Shown here piece by piece: positions 53,225 to 64,000 of a stretch of 64,000 bases of DNA. The notes beneath the pieces are model-generated. The model was not told the origin of the DNA, did no database searches, and worked only from the letters and a program-made list of their open reading frames with translations. The number at the start of each line of letters is the position of its first letter. The first letter of the stretch is position 1. The stretch comes from Mobula hypostoma (taxonomy: Eukaryota), in assembly GCF_963921235.1 (NCBI RefSeq), contig NC_086108.1, positions 24,180,001-24,244,000 of the forward strand. Reading direction: 5' to 3'. Made by a program: the position numbers and the translations under genes.

Positions 53225-54239
53225 CTGAGTCGGACGTTAACACCTGCTTCAAAAGGGCATCAATCACACTAGTACCCAAGAAGAGCTGGGTGAGCTGCCC
53301 CAACGACTATCCCCCAATGGCACTCACATCTACTTTGATTGTGCCTTGGGAGGTTGGTCATGGCCAGAATCAACTCCTGCCTAAGCAAGGCCCTGGACAT
53401 GCTGCAATTTGCCTGTCGCCACAATAAGTCTACAGCAGATGCAATCTCACGGGCTCTCCACTCAACCTTGGACTACCTGGACAACAGCAATACCAACATC
53501 AATTAAAAAGCTGTGAATTAATTCAGCTTAGCATTCAATATCATTATACCCTCAGTACTAATCAACAAGCTTCAAAACCTGGGTCTCTGCATCGCCCTCT
53601 GCAACTGGGTCCCAGACTTCGACATCAGGAAACCAGTCAGTGCAGATCAGAAATAACATATCCTCCTCGCTGACAATTAACACCGGAACTTATCAAGAAT
53701 GTGTGCTAAGCCCACTGCCTTACTCCCTCTACACCCACAACTGTGTGGTTAGGCACAACTCAAACACAATCTATAAATTTGCCAGTGACACAACTATTGT
53801 TGCCAGAATCTTAGATGGTGACGAGGCAGCATACAGGAGTGAGACAAATCAGCTGGTTGAGTGGTGTCACTGCAACAACCTTGTACTTAGCATGAAGGAA
53901 TTGATCGTTGACGTCATGAAGGGGAAGTTGAGGGAACACACACCAGGGCTACTGAGGCAACAGCAGTGGAATGGATGAGTAGTTTCAACTTCCTGTGTGT
54001 CAACCTCTCCGAAGCTGTACCTGGAGAGCAATCTAACTGATTGCATCACAATTTGGAATTGACAATGAACCCATGTACACTACCTCACTTTTTTTTTGCT
54101 CTCATTTTGCACTACTTATTTAATTTTTTAATATATTTCTTATATTAATTTGTAGTTTTTATGTAATACAGTGTACTGCTGCAATAAAACAAAAATTTCA
54201 TGACATATTCCCATGACATTAAATCTGCTTCTAATTCCC

Positions 54240-54880
54240 ATCAACCTCCATTTTAAGAGTACCCAATGACTTGTCTTCCACAGGCATCTGCGATAATGAA
54301 TTCCAGATTCACTATCTTCTCACTGAAGAAATTCCTCTTCATCGCTGTTCCAAAGAAATGTCCTTGTATTTTGTGTCTATGCTCTAGATTCTCTCATGAC
54401 TGGAATCATCCTCTCTACATCCACTCTATCAAGGCTTTTCAATACTTAATTAGACTTAATGAGATCCTTTTCCCTCATTCTTCTAAATTCCAGTGAGTAC
54501 AGGACCAGAGCCATCAAGTTCTCCTTTTACGTTAACCCTTTCATTCTTGGGATCATTCTCCTTAACCTTTTCTGGACACTCTCCAATGCCAGCACATCCA
54601 TTACTAGATAAGGGGCCCAAAACTGCTCACAATACTCCAAATGCAGTCTGACTAATGCTTTATAAAGCTTCACCATTACATTGTTTTTATATTCTATCCC
54701 TCTGGATGTGACTGCTAACATTGCATTTGCTTTCCTTACTACCAACTCTGAAAGTTAATCTTTAGGAATCCTGCACACGTCCCTTTGCACTTCCCAGTTC
54801 TGAATTTGCTTCTTGTTTAGGAAATAGTCTCTGACTTTATTCTTTCTACCAAAGTGTATGACTATACACTTCCCCACATT
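54240..54880 (-). mobile_element. CR1 3' fragment
   Basis: LYKALVRLHLEYCEQFWAPY. Confidence 0.82.
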
Positions 54881-56645
54881 GTTACACTGTTAGACTATTC
54901 TTTTGAGTTTACATGGGACTCAAGTACTGTAGCATTGACCCACGGTGGCAGCTGTGTAAGGCAGAGCATTACCACAAGTTCAATTCACTTCAAGCTGTTT
55001 GCATCTCAGGGTCCCAAATTCAATTTAGGAAGTATTGCTATGCAACTTGATTTTAATATTCTGTTAGACTAGATATGGAAGTTGTAATTTGATGATAAGC
55101 AGACATGCAAGATATTGCTTTCACACTGTGTGCCATCTGCATGCATCTAGCACTCTGCTTTTTCTAGACACCCCTTGGTGCATTTTAAAGTTGGAAACAC
55201 TTAATCTAATTATCTATTTTTTATACATTTATCCCTTTGGGTTTCTTCTAATTGCTCGGAAGAAACAGTAATTACCATAGGAAAGCTAAAAATGCTAAAA
55301 AAACAACAATCTGCTGTCAGACAAAATCCCATGATATGGTCAAAGCCACAATGTGGGACATGCATTCATTGTGCGGAATCACCATTCTACAAGAAAAGTA
55401 TTTAAATCAAGTTCAGACTTTGAAGAGAAACAGGTATCTTCAAATAAAACAGCTAACAAATTCAATGTAAGACAGAAATTTTAGATATTAAATATTAATG
55501 TTTTAAATGTTAAAATTTATAACACAGATGTCTGGTTAGTCGGAAGTGATTTTGATGGTGGAAAAACTGATAGCCAAACTGGTACATCTATCTAAAATTT
55601 TGGTTTTATATAGTACTCAAATATTATGTGCAATTCTTGTCACTCCATTAGGGGAAGGGTGTGAAAGCTCTTTTCTTTATAGCATGTTCCATTTCTTCTT
55701 ACTTCTTCTTTGCTGGGCCCTATGGTTGTTGCCAATATCAAAGTTGTCCTCTCGGTCTTTGTTGTCGTATAGGTCTTTGATGTATTCTGACCATCTTTGC
55801 GTTACTTTTCCTTTTACCATAATTGTAGAGCCGTCTTTCGCTTTTATACATCCTGTTGTTGCCCCGCTTTTCTTCTGATTTGTGACCTCTTTGATCTCGT
55901 TGTGCATACGGTTGCTGTTGTTGGTCATCTGCAATTGTTCTATTAACTTATATTTGTCCTTAAGCCACTTTACTTTTGCTTCCTTGCACTTGGTTGTTAT
56001 CTGTGCATGCAAGGATATGTAGGCTTTTGCGGTTTCCTTACATTTTCTGCTTTGTTCTGTAAGATTCAGAATGTCTTCTGTAATCCATTTCTTTTTAGCT
56101 TTTTCTCTTGTTTGGGAATCACTTCTTGTGCTGCTTGTGTTATGCTGTCTCTGAAGTTTTCCCATTGCTGTTCTATAATAGTGATGTTTTGTAGAGCCTC
56201 AAATTTGTTCTTCACTGTTATTTGGAATTCATTGGTCTTTTAAGTTTTCTGCGTCTCAGGTACATCACGCTGACTATTGGTACGTGATCACTGAGCAGTC
56301 TGCACCCGGATATGTTTTGCATGATTTCAGAGCATTTCTATACCTTCTCCTTATAAGCACCTAATCAATCTGGTTTCTGGTGTTATCCCCTGGGCTCTTC
56401 CATGTCTATAGTTTTCTCGGGTGTTGCTTGAAGATGTTATTACTAATTATATAATCTTTTTCAGTGACCCATGTAGTTAGTTGCTCCCCTCTCTCATTTC
56501 TCTCACCTATGCCGTAATGCCCAATATTGTCCTCATCCCTGGTCTTGACTACTTTTGCGTTGAAGTCACCTTGAATAATGGTATTTTCTGAGCTTTTACA
56601 TGGTCTTAATGCTGTTTCTAGTTTGTCATAAAATTGATCGATGCT

Positions 56646-56962
56646 GGGCCCACTGGTGGCGCAATGACATCAGCGCCGGACCCGGGAGCGGAGGTTCCTG
56701 GGTTCGAAACCAGTCGGGTCCGCTCCTGAGTATGCTTTCCATCCGTGCCGGGTTGAGTGTCGAGATCGCAACTCGACCTCATAAAATAAAGGGAAAAAAA
56801 CTGCGAAAATGTCTATGTGAGGAGTGACGTGTCACACAGTCCGTCTCTCGCTCCGTGCCTTGTAAAAGCCATGAAAAAGACATCATCATAGACGCACGCA
56901 TGGATGCACGCACGCACACGCACACACACAGACTCGCACGCACACACGCACATGCCAAAAAA
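56646..56962 (+). mobile_element. tRNA-derived SINE nested in the RTE
   Basis: A-box-like TGGCGCAATG, B box GGTTCGAAACC, (GCAC)n plus A tail; imperfect TSD AAAATTGA....TGCT. Confidence 0.85.
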
Positions 56963-57749
56963 AAAATTGAGCTGTGCTTTCTTCACTGCTGTCTGCTGTT
57001 GGGGCATAAACTTGAACGATATTAATGTCAAAAGGTTTTGCTTGTAGTTTCACAAGTAACATTCGATCTGATATTGTCCAATAGCCTTTTATTGATTTTG
57101 CATGTTCTTCATCTAACATAATTCCAACACCTTTTTCATGTATTTCTCCTCCTCAGTAAATGATGGTATATCCCTCTGAGCTTGTTTTACCAGCTCCTTT
57201 CCACCTCTTCTCGCACATTCCCAAGATGTTGATTTCTAATCTTTCTATTTCCTGTTTGATGTTGTCTAGCTTACCAGTTTGGTTAAAGTTTCTTACATTA
57301 CAGGTTGCTAGTCTGATCTTCTTTGCTTTTAATCTGCCAACAGTCACTGGATACATTCCGGTTGAACTGTATGAAGCACTAGAAGATTTTGGCATAGAGA
57401 AATTAGCAAACTTGTTGAATAGAATATACAACAGTGGCAAAGTACCAGACGATCTTTAAAGGACAGTATTCATTGCACTACCAAAGAAACCAGGTGCAAT
57501 AGAGTGTGGACAAAACAGGACAATTAGTTTAATGAGCAACCTCACAAAAATTCTACTTAGAATCATCATGCTCAGAATAAGAAACAAAATTAAACCAGAG
57601 ATCAGTGAAGAACAGTGCGGCTTTGTCAAAGGCAAGGGAACGTCAAACGCCACTTATATTCTCAGGAATATTATCGAAAGATGAATAGAAGTACAACAAG
57701 ACCTGTACTTCTGTTTCATTGACTACACAAAAGCCTTTGACACAGTCAT

Positions 57750-57976
57750 CATTTTTAATTTTTTTTTTACTGTGTCTATGGTCTGTTCTTTCTGAAATTA
57801 TGGTATTGCTTTGCACTGCTGTAACTGCATGTTATAATTATGTGGTTTTGTCAGTGTTAGTCTTTGGTCTGTCTTGTTTTCTGTGCTATCACTCCGGAGA
57901 AACATTGTATCATTTCTTAATGCATGTATGCATTTCTAAATGACAATAGAAGAGGACTGAGTGTTTTCATAATCTA
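57750..57976 (+). mobile_element. 3' fragment of the 48922-49611 retroposon family, nested in RTE RT
   Basis: Aligns by eye to 49375-49592. Confidence 0.82.
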
Positions 57977-59069
57977 AACAAAATGCTTAAAGATATTAAT
58001 ATCAATGGAAAAGATCTAATCAGGAATCTCTACTGGCAACAAAGTGCAGCCATATGGATAGACAATGAGATTGGTGAATATCAACTAATAAAGCGAGGAG
58101 TCAGACAGGGTTGTGTTCTATCACCAGACCTGTTCTCCCTGTACAGTGAAAACATCATGAGAACCATACAAGACCTACCTGGAATAAGTATAGGAGGATA
58201 CAATATCAACAACCTCTGCTATGCGGATGACACAGAACTGATAGCAAACAGTGAAGTAAATTTACAGAAACTAGTATCTACCATCAACACAGAGAGCGAA
58301 AGACTTGACCTATCCTTAAACAAAAAGAAAATTGAAGTAATGGTCATATCAAAGAAACCTGATATCCCAAACTGTAGGATCGTATTGGGAAATGAAATCC
58401 TGAAACAAGTTCACAACTTCAAGTACCTTGCTTGGATCATGAGTAATATGTGTTGGCAAATGCGAAACAGACATAAAAGCAAGAATAGCAATGACAGGAA
58501 TAACATTTACAGAAATGAGAAACATCCTAACGAACAAGAAAATAGCAATTGACATCCGCCTTAGAACTTTCAGCTACTTCATTCTTCCTATATTGATGCA
58601 TGGCTGCGAGTCATGGACCATCACAAATGCAATGGAAAAAAGAATTAATGCAGCAGAGATGTGGTTCCTCAGAAGAATGCCATGCATATCATATACGGAC
58701 AGGATAACCAACGAAGAAGTTCTACAGAGAACGAAAACAAAACGTACATTACTTAAAAAAAATCAGAAAACAGCAATCAAAATTCTTTGGACACATCATG
58801 TGAAGAGAGACATTCGAACATTTAGTTACAGCTGGAAAGCTGGAAGGAAAAAGAAGCAGAGGCAGACAGAGAATGGAAATGATAGATGGAATATTATCAT
58901 GGTTAGAAAGAGGGGAGGCAACAACTACAGTTCGGAGGGTCGGGGACCGTGATGGATTGAGAGACATGAGCACCCATGCACAACGGCAAGGCACCTGAAT
59001 GAATGAATATGAAAGCTTTGGGAAGGGTGCAGAAGAGGTTCATTAGGATGCTGTTTCAGTCAAAGGATG

Positions 59070-59680
59070 GAGAACATTGAACATAGAACCACTCAGAGGA
59101 ACAGGCCCTTCAGCGTACAATTCTGTGTCAAACCAGTCAAATTAGCAACCAAATGGCCAACTAAGCTAATTCCTTTTGCCTATACAATGTCCATTTCCCT
59201 CACATTCATGTGACTACCTAAACATTTCTTAAATGTCCCTAATGTATCTGCCCCTACCACCACCCCGGGCAACGTATTCCAGGCACTCACTACTCACTGT
59301 GCATAAACCTTGTCCTTCACATCTCCTTTCAGCTGATGCCCTTTGGTATTAGACATTTCAACCCTGGGAAAAAGCTACTGTCTATGCCTTCTATAATCTT
59401 ACAAACCTCTATCAGATCTCTCCTCAGCTTCCAGAGAAAACAAACCAAGTTTGTCCATGTGTTATAGCACATGCCCTCTAATCCAGGCAGCATCATGGTA
59501 AACGTCTTCTGCACCCTCTCCAAAGCCTTGATATCCTTCCTATAATGTGGCGACCAGAACTGTATGCAATACTCCAGATGCGGCCTAACTAGAGATTTAT
59601 AAAGCTGCAACTTAACTTCCTGACTTCTGAACGCAATGACATGACTCTTAAAGACAAGCATGCATGTGCCTTCTTATCAA
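59070..59680 (-). mobile_element. CR1 3' fragment
   Basis: LYKSLVRPHLEYCIQFWSPHYRKD. Confidence 0.85.
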
Positions 59681-59874
59681 TTCTGTCAGAGTTTCTTGGT
59701 GGCCAACTTGAGCTCATCCAGCATTTTGTGTGTATTGTTCTAGAAATGTTAAATGCTGGAGGATATGCACTTTAAGTGAGAAAGGCAAAGTTTAAGGGAA
59801 ATGTGTGGGGACAATTAAAATTTCACAGACTGGAATGGGTTGCCAGGGGTAGATGTGGAAATAAATATTATTGT

Positions 59875-60090
59875 AACACATTCAAGATGCTGGAGGAACT
59901 CAGCAAGCCAGGCTGTATATATGGAAAAGAGTAAACTGTCGACATTTTAGGCTGAGATCCTTCATCATAACGGCCCGAAACACCAACTGTTTATTTTTTT
60001 CCATAGACGCTGCCTGGCCTGCTGAGTTCCTCCAGCACTTTGTGTGTGTTTCTTTGGATTCCCAGAATCTTCACATTTTCTCTTGTTTGT
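59875..60090. mobile_element. Short Penelope-type inverted-repeat element
   Basis: GCTGGAGGAACTCAGCAAGCCAGGC...GCCTGGCCTGCTGAGTTCCTCCAGC; related to 61956-62696. Confidence 0.7.
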
Positions 60091-60249
60091 GATAGGACAA
60101 ATAGTAGTGTTTTTTATTGACTTTTAGATATGTACATGATTGTACATGGAATAGAGGGATATAGAGCATGTATAGTTAGAAAAGATTTAATGTAGCATCA
60201 TGTTTGGCATAGACATTGTGGACTGAAGGACTTTTTCATGTGCTGTTTT

Positions 60250-60750
60250 CAGTATCAGAATCAGCTTTAATATCACCAGCATATGTCATAAAATTTGTTG
60301 TCTTTGCAGCTGCCATCCAATGCAATGCATAATAATAGAGGAAAGAACCGTGCATTTCTCCAAATATATATATATGTTTAATTGTTAAATTAAATGAGTA
60401 CTGCAAAAATAAAAATTAAAAAGTAGTGAGGTAGTGTTCATGGGTTCAATGTCTATTCCTAAATTGGTTGGCAGAGGGGAAGAAGTGGTTCCTGAATCAC
60501 TGAGTGTGTGCCTTCATGCTCCTGTAACTCCTCCCTGATGGTAGCAGTGAGAACAGGCCACGTCCTGGGAAATGGGGGTTCTTAATGATATTTGAAGCTG
60601 TCCTGGATAGTATGGAGGCTAGTGCTCATGATGAAACTGATTAAGTTTACAAATCTCTGCAGCTCATTTTGATCCTGTGCAGTGCCCCATCTCCCCATAC
60701 CAGTCGGTGATGCAGCCTGTCAGAATGCTCACCACGGTATAACTATAGAT
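60250..60750 (-). mobile_element. Rex1/Babar-type 3' end, same family as 20569-21485
   Basis: TCAGAA tail and clear similarity to 20570-21120. Confidence 0.82.
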
Positions 60751-62202
60751 ATTTTCTAAAATAGTTTAAAAATTTTGAACAAAATCTTGCTCTTTTATTA
60801 AACATTCAATGGTCACCTGACGTAACATTTCTAAAAAGTCCTGGTGAAGTGTGTTAATATGAAGTGTGACTCTTATTTCCCTCTCTACAAAGGCTCGTGT
60901 CCTGCTCAATAGTCCCAACTTTATGTTTCTTTTATTTTATATTTGCCTTAAATCTTAGCTGTTTTATTCCTTTACAGGTTTGATTTGAGGCTGTTTAATT
61001 AGACGCAAAAGTGTAACAGGAAAATGCAACACAAAGTAAATTGTTTATTGAAGCCTTTTGCAAGACATCATATTTTAGTTATAGTTATTTATATAATATG
61101 ACATATTCTCATCAAATGGTTTCGGCTGCTGCATATCTTCAGAGTCATTCTGTCATGTTCCAAGCACATCAAATGGATATCGAAGCTTGCGATCCTCAGA
61201 AGCACTGTTAAACAGATTTTGTGCCAGTAGAATTAACGTACACCAGCCTGTTGTCACCTGCATAACTGCCAGAATGTTAATGCCGTTGGCTATGACAATC
61301 ACCCCGATTGTCAAGCTGATGAGATGGATCTATTCATCCAATTCAAATTATTAGTGAAGGTAATGGAGACTGACAGATGTTCACTCACTGGCAGTCAACC
61401 AAGATCACCAGCTAAGTACCTGCTGATGAATAACATTGAAATAATATGCTTTCAAGAGCAAGCACATGCTTAGATCTACCCTTCACCTGACACAAAACTC
61501 ACAGTCTCACAGTGAGAGGATCTATACCATAAAACTTAACAGTACAGTTAATAACCTAAATAAAGTGAAATTCAAAACTTGAAAGGTTTGGAGCATACAA
61601 TTGTAAAGAAACACCTTAACTACAGAAGCTGCCATTTGCCCTAGGACAACATGTGTCAACACAGTCAAAAGGTCATAGGTCAGACAGGGAAATGAACAGT
61701 CAACATTTTGGGCCTCAAGCATTTTGCGTGATGCTTCAGATCTTCAGCATCTGCAGTCGCACTTGTGAGAAGATGGGTCAAGGTCTATTCCAGCTCCAAA
61801 TAGCACTGGGGAGTGCTATGTACACAGGACCCTTAGTATTACCAAGGATCCCACCAATTCATCCAGATCCTCTTTGACTTTCTACCTCTAAGCAGGAAAC
61901 TCCGACGTATAAAGACAAAGATGGTCAGAATGGGAAACAGCTGCTTCCCTCAGTCAACACACGCAAAATGCTGGTGGACGCAGCAGGCCAGACAGCATCC
62001 ACTGGAAGAAGCACAGTCCACGTTTCAGGCCGAGACCCTTTCTCAGGACTAACTGAAAGAAGAGATAGTAAGAGATTTGAAAGTGGGACGGGGAGGGGGA
62101 GATCCAAAATGATAGGAGAAGACAGGAGGGGAGGGACAAAGCTAAGAGCATTGACTTCTCTAACTTCCGTTAATGCTCCTCCTCCCCTTCTTACCCCATC
62201 CC

Positions 62203-62220
62203 TTATTTATTTATAGATAT

Positions 62221-62295
<75 letters not shown>

Positions 62296-62299
62296 TTTT
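62203..62299. repeat. (ATTT)n microsatellite
   Basis: Visible directly. Confidence 0.95.
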
Positions 62300-62558
62300 C
62301 CCCCTTTCTCTCTCTCTCTCTGACCCTCTCACAATAACTTCTAGCCTGCTCTCCATCTTCCTCTGGTTCTCCCCTCCCCCTTTCTTTCTCCTTAGGCCTC
62401 CCATCCCATGATCCTCTCCCTTCTCCAGCCTTATATCCCTTTTGCCAATCCACTTTCCAGCTCTTAGTTTTATCCCTCCCCCTCCTGTCTTCTCCTATCA
62501 TTTCGGATCTCCCCCTCCTCCCCCCACTTTCAAATCTCTAACTTACTCTTTTTTCAGT

Positions 62559-62596
62559 TAGCCCTGACGAAGGGTTTCGGCCCGAAATGTCGACTG
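62559..62596 (+). ncRNA. Minimal type I hammerhead ribozyme motif
   Basis: CTGACGA core (62564-62570), stem II GGGT-TTCG-GCCC, GAAA, TG-TC, stem I TAGCC/GACTG with one mismatch. Confidence 0.7.
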
Positions 62597-63244
62597 TGCT
62601 TCTTCCTATGGATTCTGTCTGGCCTGCTGTGTTCCACCAGCATTTTGTGTGTGTTGTTTGAATTTCCAGCATCTGCAGATTTCTTCGAGTTTGCGTCTTC
62701 CCTCAGTCCATTAGGTTTCTGAACTCCCTGCCACATTGCAGTTGAAACATCACCTGATAGCTTGACCTGTACCCTACAATAATTATTTATGCACTTGGCT
62801 TTGTTTATCTGTAGATTTAATTCATACTTTCCTAAGTTATAGTGTGTAATGTTTACTATTGTGCTTTACACCCTCGTCCGGAAAAACGTTAACTATATGA
62901 CAACTATATTGTCATATAGTTAAATGACAATAAACATGACTTGAGATTTAGAGAGAGTGATTTCGTTCCTACACTCCATTAGTGCTGAGATTTAGTTTTT
63001 ATTCATGAGAAAAAGTGATTTGTCCCGAAAAGAAGCTCAGTTTAGTTTGCTCTTATTAGAAATGCATAAATACAAAAAGGCAGAGTTAATCATAATCCAT
63101 GTTGATTTCAAACAGATCACAGAAACTAAAAGGATAGCCCGCAAGCACTGTTAGCTTATTATTGTTCAAGATACATCCTGACAGGAGGCCATTCAGTCCT
63201 TTTAGAACTCCACTATTGATTTTTGTTGCATTTCATTCCCAGCT

Positions 63245-63505
63245 AGTGGCGCAGTAAGATTAGTGCCGGGCTCGAGAACGGAGGTTCCCGAGTTTGATCC
63301 AGTGACAGACCGCCCCCATGCGCGCTCTCCATCCGCGCTGGGTGGATGTCGAGCTCACAACTCAGCCTCGTAAAATAATACAGTGAAATGTCTGTGTGAG
63401 GAGTGGCGCCCCACACAGCCTTTTGAATTGTGCCTTGTAAGGCATGAAAATGCCCGATGCTGGCCTTTCAGGTCTGAGCCAACGTCATCATCATCATCGT
63501 CATCA
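63245..63505 (+). mobile_element. tRNA-derived SINE with (CAT)n tail
   Basis: Head similar to 56646 SINE; exact 12-bp TSD TCATTCCCAGCT (63233-63244, 63506-63517). Confidence 0.85.
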
Positions 63506-64000
63506 TCATTCCCAGCTTCGAATCTCCAACATTTTACTTCCTTAATGTACTGAAATTCATCACTGATATAAATGTTATCATTTGAATTTTTCAATTAATC
63601 CACAGCTTCAGCAGTTGTTCGCCTCGTGAGCCTTAGATTGCTACTAACTGCGATGTGTAGACTTGCAATGTGAATAAACTTTACTATCATGTCCCCATGT
63701 TCTGTACTGCTTCAGAAGTAGGGAATAGTTCCTATCTATCTGCTCTATGAAATCACTCAGTAGCCTAAGGGATCTCAACGGGATCACTGCTTCTCTTTGT
63801 ACTCAGGGAAAAGCTGGTTTTGTTTTTAGAGATACTTCAGCCCAGTCAGCCTCACTGCCCAGCAAATCACCCATTTAACACCAGCCTAATGACAGGACAA
63901 TTTATAATGACCAACTTCAGAACATCCTGAGTTGTAATAGCGTTGCATCAACCACTAACTTGCTCCTTCCTAATAAACCTAATCTGTACCAAATGTAAGT

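Larger units (their letters stand above)
48450..54235 (+). mobile_element. Long Rex1/Babar LINE (APE plus RT) with four nested inserts
   Basis: ILLANVQSLENK, CCVVCFTETWL, CFKRASITLVPKK..NDYPPMALTS, QECVLSPL..YKFASDTTIV; 5' limit approximate. Confidence 0.82.
55670..59007 (+). mobile_element. RTE-clade LINE with inverted 5' half
   Basis: APE on minus strand 55670-57332 (LATCNVR, RWKGAG, VQVYAPTA), RT on plus strand (DYTKAFD, GVRQGCVLSP, YADDT, GCESWT); (TGAA)n tail; TSD TGTGAAAGCT/TATGAAAGCT. Confidence 0.88.
61956..62696 (+). mobile_element. Penelope-like element terminal fragment with inverted arm
   Basis: 61956-62150 is the reverse complement of about 62460-62655; exact 12-bp TSD CTTCCCTCAGTC (61944-61955, 62697-62708). 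Confidence 0.8.
61850..62945 (+). mobile_element. Rex1-type LINE 3' end hosting the Penelope-type insert
   Basis: RRIKTKMVRMGNSCFPQ|SIRFLN reads across the insertion; AATAAA and GACTT tail. Confidence 0.6.

Noticed and set aside
56646..56720. tRNA gene
   Set aside because: A and B boxes are the head of a SINE with body, tail and TSD

Overview
Eukaryotic, AT-rich, transposon-saturated non-coding DNA. The repeat spectrum (several CR1 subfamilies, Rex1/Babar, L1, RTE, V-SINE, Penelope-type hairpins) suggests a cartilaginous fish, probably a ray; this is inference. I found no intact host gene, and nearly all longer ORFs are fragments of retroelements or their antisense shadows. Main structures: (1) a two-LTR Gmr1-like Gypsy element (826-17348; integrase upstream of RT, tRNA-Pro PBS, PPT) that splits an older CR1 and contains a near-full-length L1 (itself carrying a CR1 and a solo LTR) plus a young CR1; (2) a decayed BEL/Pao element cut by two Rex1-type LINEs; (3) a CR1 inside a CR1; (4) a decayed minus-strand Gypsy pol; (5) a long Rex1/Babar LINE with four nested inserts; (6) an RTE LINE with a twin-priming-type 5' inversion; (7) a TSD-flanked Penelope-type inverted repeat with a minimal hammerhead ribozyme motif. 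One 56-nt candidate minus-strand exon suggests the window may be intronic. Family calls rest on recognised motifs, not database searches. I cannot support a wholly new biological system here.
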